From: Candidatus Saccharimonadota bacterium
GTDB taxonomy: Bacteria > Bacillota_I > Bacilli_A > Mycoplasmatales > Hepatoplasmataceae
Direction: 5' to 3'
DNA: 32,000 nucleotides
NCBI RefSeq assembly: GCF_000582535.1
Contig: NZ_CP006932.1
Location: 210,001-242,000, forward strand
A model generated the notes under the pieces. It searched no databases. It was given only the letters and a program-made list of their open reading frames with translations, and was not told the DNA's origin. The position numbers were made by a program, and so were the translations under genes. This document shows positions 31,960-32,000 of the stretch, one piece after another. How positions within the stretch are numbered: position 1 is the first letter of the stretch; the number at the start of each line of letters is the position of its first letter.

Positions 31960-32000
31960 AAATTATTTATTTAGCATTTGATGAAGCTTTAAAAATTAAT
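31960..32000 (+). pseudogene. start of a further arcC-derived fragment (runs off the window)
   Basis: atttatttagcatttgatgaagctttaaaaattaat aligns to arcC 21840-21876 (atttctttagcttttgatgaagcttcaaaaattaat). Confidence 0.55.

Larger units (their letters stand above)
24462..32000 (+). repeat. tandem segmental duplication, unit of about 3.72 kb = arcC 3' fragment + promoter + RCC1-like gene
   Basis: Homologous landmarks are offset by 3729 nt (25128 vs 28857), 3723 nt (26193 vs 29916) and 3723 nt (28103 vs 31826). A third unit begins at about 31960. Confidence 0.9.

Overview
Very AT-rich Mollicutes-type chromosomal segment that only makes sense under genetic code 4 (UGA=Trp). Nearly every conserved gene is split at TGA in the standard-code ORF track and rejoins in the same frame. 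I cannot name the species.

Layout, left to right:
(1) Housekeeping block: DEAD-box helicase (-), then rsmD-coaD-gmk, a PP2C phosphatase, a Ser/Thr kinase and a two-TM membrane protein.
(2) A 973-aa surface protein with seven RCC1-like beta-propeller repeats, each carrying a DxDxDGxxD loop, followed by a repeated-module stalk and a C-terminal TM anchor.
(3) rpmF-nusB, then a minimal division cluster rsmH-ftsZ-sepF.
(4) An accessory island of about 5.7 kb: a DUF262/DUF1524 (GmrSD-like) protein, a possible Abi/HEPN-like protein with an RNxxxH motif, two paralogous unknown 173-189-aa proteins and two SDR oxidoreductases.
(5) An arginine deiminase operon: arcA, arcB, a YfcC-family transporter and arcC.
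(6) A decayed and rearranged zone: small broken ORFs, a third SDR, an inverted RCC1-blade remnant and truncated arcC copies.
(7) A tandem segmental duplication of about 3.7 kb, each unit being an arcC 3' fragment plus a ~990-aa RCC1-like surface protein gene. Two near-identical copies are present and a further unit starts at the window edge.

No rRNA, tRNA, CRISPR array, transposase or integrase was recognised.

The most interesting items are the amplified RCC1/DxDxDG surface-protein family and the defence-like island with its uncharacterised small-protein paralogs. One of those paralogs has lost its stop codon and reads in frame into an SDR gene.
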